This document shows, in pieces, positions 55,546-64,000 of a stretch of DNA of 64,000 bases. The position numbers and the translations under genes are program-made. Origin of the DNA: the human T2T-CHM13v2.0 reference genome, Homo sapiens. The notes under the pieces are model-generated. The model was not told where the DNA came from, did no database searches, and saw nothing but the letters and a program-made list of their open reading frames with translations. Numbering within the stretch: the stretch's first letter is position 1; every line of letters begins with the position of its first letter. The stretch lies in the NCBI RefSeq assembly GCF_009914755.1, contig NC_060929.1; one strand, given 5' to 3'.

Positions 55546-56768
55546 TGTACAACAGAGGTATCTTCTGATTACCTAGGAAAGTCAAGGCAGAAGGCCGAAT
55601 GGTATTTGATGTGATGACTAAGCTTATATTTAACATCTGCACTCTGTAATGATCATGAGCAAAAACAGAAGAGGGTTCTGAAGGCTGTGAAACATAATTT
55701 TAGAAAGACAAACCAAGATGTTTTTATCATTTAATGAACAGTTGCTGAAATGCAGGAGCATTTTGTTGTTGCTTCTCTATTTAATAAGAGTTTGAATTTT
55801 TTTTCATTTTTATATACTGTTGTTTAGAATGCCCCCTTATGCTTTATCTGTTAATTAAACACACAGGATTAACATAGAGATGTGATAATCTCAGTTAGTT
55901 GACTAAGCATTTATGACTGATTTTCTTGTTCTGACATTTGATTTACAATTTTGAATATATTAAGCTGTATTTTTATTTTTAGCTTTGAAACCAATTTTGC
56001 TATAATACAGAGAGGACTGCTCAATAATTTTAAATGTATTAAGAATATATAGTCCTTCTTTAACCCTTTTTTCCTGTTACAAATTGGTATTTGTATATGC
56101 AGTGCAATTATCATACAAAGATAATGTAAGTGAACACCTTTATAAAAATTTTTTATCCTACTGCTTTATTCAGGGTAAAAATTTCCCACCACTAGTTTCA
56201 CTCATTTTAATTAAGGACTTTTCCCTAAAGACACATGTGTAATATGTTTCCAGGAATGAAAAAAGAGACCTTCCTTTATGTTAGCCAATTAACATCTTGG
56301 CTTGGGTTAATGTACCAGCATATCTAGCTGCTACTTTAGAAAACAAAAATGAGAGATTTGGAGTAAAGGGTCAGAGGACAGTAGTTAACTATTTATGGTT
56401 ACTGGTAGGAAAGATGCAGTATATGCAGAGACTGTTGAGGACTTAAGGGCAGTCCATTGAGCACACTGAAAGTCCTTGAGAGTGAGAGGAGAAGGAATGA
56501 AGGGAATAGTAGTACATTAAGGCTATTTCATGGTTTAGTTAGGGCTAGCCATGTCCTGTGTTACACAGATAAGATAGAAGAGAAAATTGGCTGATGTCTC
56601 ATATTCTTCCTCATTTCTGACTTTTTTCCAGTCAATTACAATAAGTACATTTTGGATTCAGAATGTCAAAAAAGTGATCTTTTACATTAAACAATTACAA
56701 ATGGTTACAGTTACCATTTTTCTTTTAGGGAATATTTGATTACAAGGAACAGAAACTAAGCCATAGGA

Positions 56769-57052
56769 GTTTTTCTTTTAACTTTTATTTTAGGCTCAGG
56801 GGGTACATGTGAAGGTTTGTTATACAGGTAAACTCATCTCACAGGGGGTTGTTGTACAGATTGTTTCATTATCCACGTATTAAGCCTAGTACCCAGTAGT
56901 TTCTTTTTCTGCTCCTCTCCCTCCCTCCACCCTCTACCCTCAAGTAGACCCCAGTGTCTGTTGTTCCATTCTTAATATTTATAAGTTCTCATCATTTAGC
57001 TCACACTTATAAGTGAGAATATGCAATATTTGGTTGTTCCTGTGTTAGTTTC
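56769..57052 (-). mobile_element. Older L1PA/L1PB 3' end
   Basis: ttaacttttattttaggctcagggggtacatgtg...catttagctcacacttataagtgagaatatgcaatatttgg. Confidence 0.85.
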
Positions 57053-58679
57053 CTTTATCATAAGGAAAGTTATGGGGTTATCTCACAGAACTCAAGGACT
57101 GAAAGTTCAGCCAGGCTTTGGAGTTCTTGAAACTAGTAACCGGGAAGCAGTCAGGGACCAAGGCAGGATCTCTTTTTGTCTTTCCCTGTGTGTTCATTTG
57201 GAGTTTCATTAATGCTTTTTAACGTGTTGCTGCTCATTTTCCCTTTCACCTTGAAGACTACATTCCTCCACTCCTCTTGCAAAGGGCCCTCAAATGACAT
57301 TTAGGCTAATATAACCTGCCAGGCCCAGCATCTGCAGGTAATTAATTAGTCTTTGAGCTCAAATTTCAAATTATGGACACAAATAATTGGCCCAGCTTAT
57401 ATTAAATGTCTATCCCAATTTTAATAACATGGCTAGACAGAAAAGAGTGTGCAGGGTCACTGTTACCTAGAGCTAGAGGAGCCAATCTCTTGTGTGCAAG
57501 GGGATAGTTCTCAGATGATGGGGCATGTACTAAAAGGCTTCAAAAGATGGCTATCGTACACTCATGGAGAGCTCACTGTTTGCCAAGTACATTCATATGC
57601 TCATTTAACCTTATATTTCTATGAGATTGGTACTATTTAATCTACATTTCATAATGGAATAGATTGAGCCACAAAAGAGTAAGTAACTTTTCTAATGTCA
57701 CACAGCTAGTAAGAGGAAGATTCAGGCCTATTCTGAGCTGATGATAAAACCTGTGAAGTAAAGCAAAAGAATTAAACTATGTATTAGATATATTTATCAT
57801 TTTCTTCCCTTTTGTGAAGATGATCAGCCATATGGATATCCCTCTTATGAAGCAAACTTAAAACTAATAAATGCTGATTTAGAGAAAGCCTTGTTGTAGG
57901 GAGAAGAGAATCTTTTATAGATCCTATCTCTGTATTTTCCTGGGATGATTCATTCCCTCACATTTCATGTCACAGGGACTGCCAGTTGGTCCATTCAGTC
58001 TCCTTAAATCCTATGTCATACCAAGTCCATCCAACAGGCAGGAGATCAATCTCAGTACAGTGGAATTGGGTTCATGATTATCTCCAAAACTTGGCTGACC
58101 ATTGGTTCAAGCATTGATTTGAGAATTCATGTTCTCAAGTCAAACCTGATTTATGATAAAGTAACTCACTTTTTCTAGTTAGTCTTGATCAAATTCTGGG
58201 GAATTCATCAGAACATAGATGACGCAGAAACAAGTTTGACCTTCTGGCTTGCAAATTATCTCCTACTTTCTGGCCTCCAAGGCAGGATTGGAGCAATCAA
58301 CATACAGAACTAGAGAACTCTAGCTGGACATTGACTCTCAATTTTAAAAATTACTGGGTTCTTTGCCCAATTATTGTTTTAAAATATTGTTCATCATTTT
58401 ATTAAATACAAAAGCACTACAAGAAATCCTTTTCAGTCCCAGGCTTCTCTTTTAAAGTGTTCTGTGCCAGTCTGGACTGTTTCCATCCACATTGCCAACT
58501 CTGATATCTATTAAGTGTAAGCATTTGCAGAGCAGTTAGCAGCTTCAGCATCGTGGCTAAGACCACCGATTTGAAACTGGAATGCTCTGTGCATGAATCC
58601 TAGGTTTTCAACAAATTAGCTGTGTGATTTTAGACCTCCCCTCCTCCCCACCTGGGAATTCCCTGTAACCCATAACCTG

Positions 58680-58950
58680 TTTTATTTTTTGTGATAGTCC
58701 TTACTATCACCTGTTTATTTTATTTATATAAACATACACATGTATGTGCATATATTCACATGTATATATGCTTATGCATGTATTTATATAGACACATATG
58801 TAAAATAACTGGTTTCCTTTTTATTGCTTATCTCCCCCAACTCCCCCTCAAGTTCCATGAGGACATTGACTTTATTTTGTCCATTACTTAGTACTCAATA
58901 CAGAGCTTCTAGTCATTGCTCATCAAAAATTTGTTGAATGAGTGAATGAA
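58680..58950 (+). mobile_element. L2 3' end
   Basis: aagttccatgaggacattgactttattttgtcc...tttgttgaatgagtgaatgaa. Confidence 0.65.
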
Positions 58951-59549
58951 GTTACTTACTATGCTTCATTTCTTCCAGTATAAAATCAGGATGATAATAT
59001 TCACTCCAGTACACTGATTCAGGTTAGAGAAGGCAAGGCTACTTAAGTAGCAAAGGAGTATCTGAAGGCTTTCCACTCCCCACAGCATCTCAGGGGGACC
59101 ACAACTTAAGAAGAAACCACACACGCCCATACCATTTTAAGATTAGATTAAGTTGTCTGTTTAGCTGAAGATACAGAAATGTTCCAGAAAAAGATAGCCA
59201 CATAAAGCAAGAGCAAATGCACGATATTTCAATTCACCTTACCATGGTCCCCAGAGTTTCTAATAGTGACACTATCTAAAAAGGGTAGGGCCTTGTTGAA
59301 TCTGAGATGCTCATTTTCTTGCTAATTATACTCCCATTCAGGGTGTACTTATACATCTATGTAGGTTTGTTGAATGTAAAGTTTTAAACATAGGGCTATA
59401 CTGGTTTTTGTGCCAAATCCGGTGTTAACAAGGTTGAATCCTTACTCTGGGAAAAATGCAAAGTTAAAGGCGGGCTGTCTCTAGGCACTGTATCTCTGAC
59501 TCCACTCATATCTCCATAGTCTGCTACTTCACTTTCATTACCCCTTTAG

Positions 59550-60060
59550 CTAAGTGTTACCAATACTGAGTATGTTTTGGCCAAGCATTCTTCAAGATTC
59601 TCTGGCTACAGTGATGAATGAAACAAAGCTCTACCCTTAGGGAACTTTAGTAATTGGGGAAAGTGGATAATAAACATATTTTTAAAAAATAATAATCAAA
59701 TATAAAATAGTCCATGTGTTAAAAAGTGATATAGAGGATAATAGGACAAAAGAGAAAGGGATGGTGGAGATGGGCACCATTTTATATAGGGTGTTAAGAG
59801 AAGACCCAAAGGAGATAAAAGAGTGAGCCATGTGAATATCAGTGAGAAGAGCCTTCCTGGCAATGAGCATTGGAACTGCAAGATAGAACAGAGACAGGGG
59901 CATGCTAGGTGTGTCAAAGTAAGCCAGCAAGGTCAGAAAATTAGGTGAGTTGTTACATGGCCAGATCATAAAGTTCTTGTAAGCCATTGAAAGGACTGTG
60001 GCTTTTAGTCCACATGAGGTGGGGGTAATTGATGGCAATTTGATCTGTTCCAGGTTTATG
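59550..60060 (-). mobile_element. L2 3' region
   Basis: tacagtgatgaatgaaacaaagctctaccct; gagtgagccatgtgaatatc; ggccagatcataaagttcttgtaagccattgaaaggactgtggctttta. Confidence 0.75.
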
Positions 60061-60077
60061 AAGAATCAGTGGAATTC

Positions 60078-60234
60078 TTTTTTATATATTTTTTAATTTT
60101 ATTATTATTATACTTTAAGTTTTAGGGTACATGTGCACAATGTGCAGGTTTGTTACATATGTATACATGTGCCATGTTTGTGTGCTGCACCCATTAACTC
60201 GTCATTTAACATTAGGTATATCTCCTAATGCTAT
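60078..60234 (-). mobile_element. Young L1PA (PA3/4-like) short 3' end
   Basis: attatactttaagttttagggtacatgtgcacaatgtgcagg...aggtatatctcctaatgctat; flanks aattct. Confidence 0.92.
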
Positions 60235-60895
60235 TTTGTAATTCTAACAATTTTAACGTATTACTCCATCAAACTGTAATGAGCCAAATGAAAGAAAAAC
60301 ATAACTCATAGCTTCTTTTCTACTGGGACGCTACTATATGCTGACTGCTGTGCTACTGGTGATACAATCATGAGCAAGATGGACAGAGTACCATTCCTCC
60401 TGGCATTGTTTTATCACACTATGTAATTCTTGTAATGGAAGAAAAATGAAGACCTTGAAATTAATGGCACTCAGAGTCTTAGCTACAGTTTTTTATATTT
60501 AAATTGGACATATGTTTCCCAAATAAGTTCTAGATCTTTAGAAGTATACTTTGTTAATAGTATCCTAGTTCATAGACCCATTGATTTTGAGAGATAAGTA
60601 AAATTAAATATGTGTATAATTTATAGAGGGTTATATTTTCCATCTGGGGTCTCTGGTTTTATGACTTGTAAATGAACACAGGTAATTATTATTTACCTAA
60701 GTGAATAACCGTGTTGTTGCTAGTTAACAAAAACAACAGATCATGGCTAATTTTTGGAGAATCAATGTTATCTATAGAACTAAGGTGACATGAAAGAGAA
60801 GATGTCATTTATTTGCTATTATGTTTGGTATAAAAAAAGGCCATTCCCTTCTAAAGAAAGATTATGTACTCTAAAGCAAAATGAACTCTATTGTA

Positions 60896-60974
60896 TAGAT
60901 TGGTGCAAAAGTAATTGCAGTTTTTGCCATTGGAAATAATGGCAAAAATCACAATTGCTTTTGCATCAACCTTA
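60896..60974. mobile_element. MADE1
   Basis: ttggtgcaaaagtaattgcagtttttgccatt...aatggcaaaaatcacaattgcttttgcatcaacc. Confidence 0.92.
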
Positions 60975-60990
60975 TAATAAAAAATTCTGC

Positions 60991-61348
60991 TTCATTAGTT
61001 CATTCTCACACTGCTATAAAGAACTTCCTGAGACTGATAATTTATGAAGAAGAGAGGTTTAACTGACTCACAGTTCCACAGGCTTAACAGGAAGCATGAC
61101 TGGGAGGTCTCAGGAAACTTACAATCATGGCAGAAGGCGAAGAGGGAGTAAGCACTTTCTTCACATAGCAGCAGGAGAGAGAGAGACTTTTAAACCATCA
61201 AATCTCATAAGAACTCACTATCATGAGAACAGCATGGGGAAAACCACCCCCATGATCCAATCACCTCCCATCAGGTCCTCCCCCAACATTGGGAATTATG
61301 TAATTCAACATGAGATTAGGGTGGGGAAACATAGCGACACCATAAGAA
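60991..61348 (-). mobile_element. MSTA-like MaLR solo LTR
   Basis: cacactgctataaagaac; ctcaggaaacttacaatcatggcagaagg; catgatccaatcacctccc. Confidence 0.88.
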
Positions 61349-64000
61349 ATTCTTGCATAAAATAACTTAGAATGGTTACTGTTTGTGGTCTGGTGTGCCT
61401 ATTTTTACTTCTTATGGACACATATTTTTATTATAGAACAAAAACACCTGCTTATTATGCTCTTAAATTAACCTTTTAATGCTGAACTTCTTTTATTACA
61501 CAGTTTTATTTGCTTTTTGTGGGGAAAGAAGTAATGCAAATTTAAAAGAGGGTTATAATGTTAACCTACCTCACAGTCACTGTTTGTTTGTTTTTTTTTA
61601 GGTTAAATTAAAATAAGACATAGATAAGTTTTGAGAAAACTAAATGGCAGTTCAAATTATAGTAGTATTAAATTATTATCCAGTTGTAGATGAAGAGGGA
61701 GTTAGATACCAAGGTATATTAGAAAATGAAAAGAAAACAAAGATAGCTGAAGGAATAAATAGGTTGAAGAAGGTGCAAGTTAAAAAAGGTTTGAATGGGA
61801 TAAATGTAGATGGTGATCATTATTCTAATTAAGAATGCAGCCTCTCTATGTATCCACTATAAAGGGACCCTGTGTCAACTATAATGTAGCTGAAGTAAAA
61901 CTTACTATTGGCATCCAGTGCTGGTCATCTCAGTGGGCCTTCCCTGGTGTGGGCCACTGCTTCAAAGCAGGCTCTGAGAGAGATCACTATGCCCGGAGGT
62001 TTTGGCTGCACCTCTCTCACTCTCTCTTTCTTTTTCATATTTCCATCTTTAACATTTTATTTACTTGGAAGAAAAATACTGCAACATTAAGAAAGTTTTA
62101 GCTGGTGTGTTTCGACCTTAGTTTTCTTGTCTTTATGAGGAGAGAGGGGAATTAGCTTTTTTCCCATTATCTTTATTAAATCACTGTTTTAGAGTTTATT
62201 TGAACCCATATTTTGAAACATTTGAAAACTGCTTAAAAATGAATGTCTAATGCAGAAGGGTCACTGCAGTTTCCAGCAGTGCATCTTATAACTTCCTATT
62301 CTTGATGCTGTTAGTCTGCATCCTACTGAAGAAGAGTAGACAGCTTTCTGATCTGATATATCAAATATACAGCCTCTTCTCAGTAGTATGAAACCTTTGA
62401 CATTTTCATAGATATCCATGCCCTCTCGAGTCATCTGTCTTTCCTAATCCATCTACCTGTCAAGCTGTCTTTTCCAATGCAAGAAAAAGTGGTCATGATC
62501 TAAAATCCTCTAGGTTTTGAGAAAAGATAAGAATAGGCTTCCATCACTGCTGAAACTAGAACCAACCTGATGATGTCAGAATAATACAGAGTTCATCTTC
62601 CACAATTGCTCAGTTAATAGTAACAGGTTAATAATATGAGGAGGGCTTGTTAAGTCTTTGCTGAAGTGAAAACTGGGTTTTTCCTGCCTGATCTTGATCT
62701 GTCCTAGGAACTTCTGCTTACATATCTATGACTTGAGGACATCAGGAGTCCCACATTAAGCAGCGGGAAAAGATACAGAAAAGGTGTAGACTATATATAC
62801 CTACTCAAATATATTTCTTTTTCTAATTTTTTAAACAGTAAGAAGCAAAGGAAACAGGATATTTCAGGAATTATTTTATATTACTGGATGAAAATGTCTG
62901 AGAACCACTACTTTTAAGCAGTATCTGTGGAAGGAAAGACATTCTCTTTTCACTTCTTGGGGCAACAGAAATTTACTTACATTTTTCATAGGAAACTCTT
63001 CAAGCTACTGAGTTCTTCTGAAGTTGTTTAAATATTGTTGCTTTATGTGTCCATGCATACACAGCGCAAGCCGGGAACCTCTTGAAGGGTGGAACTATAT
63101 TCATGTTGAGGTATTATCCCCCTTGCCTAGCACTATGCCTGGCGCATAGTATGGCTGAGTAATTCATGGACAAAAGAATTAAAGGTAGGTTAAGTGTTAA
63201 GAAATCTTAACTTTTTGCAGCACAAAGTATGTTTTACCTTTATAAATGCTTACTCATGGATAATGATATTTAGTGGAAAAAGTAAATTTCCCTAATTTGC
63301 TCCAAAGAGCATATACTGAAAACATTATCTAATGTTAAATCATTTAATATGTAAGGGAAAAGCCATGGGAAATAGGCAACAGATGAAACAAGATTAAAAA
63401 AATAGAAAACTATATATAATCAAGGCCTTAAGAATGGCTTTTCTAAGCTATTGCCCTTACGCTTTCTAAGTAAATGTGATAATGATGATTGGTGCTAAAG
63501 TGACATTCTTAGAATTGAAAGTCTGTGTGTCCACTCAGTGAACTGTATATTGGAAGTGATGGGTACTTACTTCCCCACTCACTGTACTAATCCCTCACTC
63601 TAATGTAAAAGGACTTGATTAATTTCATTTATAAGCCATGTCTTTTGTAACTACTCTATAGGCAAATGGTGATTGTAGCATACCCAGGACTAAATTTAAT
63701 ATGAGTAATTTATTTCCCAGTAGCTATCAATTATTAATTTTTCATTTATCACTTTTGAATTGTGAAACCCTGCAGATGTTTGAGTAGAAAGAAGTAAACT
63801 TTATTCAAATAATAATATTTAATAAAGATATTAAAGTCAATGGTGCTGTTCTTTTCATTTTTATATGCTAATATCAAGACCTCATTGCTTATGAAGCTAT
63901 CTATAATCATGCAGGGTTTTAACTTGGAACTTTTGAGGATAATAAATGGATGAGAAAAAAAATGATTGAACCCTTGCTCTGTAACCTTTTCTTCAGGGCC

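Overview
AT-rich, repeat-dense primate (almost certainly human) genomic DNA lying inside the FER tyrosine kinase gene (+ strand). Only one FER coding exon is present: 49841-49964, kinase domain, ...[40 protein letters not shown](R). The rest is intron. Positions 1-2100 carry an antisense processed copy of connexin-43 (GJA1P1) with spliced 5'UTR, an uninterrupted 381-codon ORF and 3'UTR, inserted into an MLT1 LTR. The remainder is Alu, L1, L2, MIR, CR1, MaLR/ERVL LTRs and DNA transposons (MADE1, MER8, Tigger4a, MER58A, Charlie1), plus microsatellites. Most short ORFs in the track are repeat artefacts. I see no convincing novel multi-gene system. The best leads are the intact retrocopy, a duplicated acceptor-stop-AATAAA cassette after the FER exon, a MADE1 hairpin with mirrored substitutions, a TSD-flanked L1/MST chimera and an old local duplication. 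Gene identities, parent-gene comparisons and repeat subfamily names come from recalled sequences, not from database searches.
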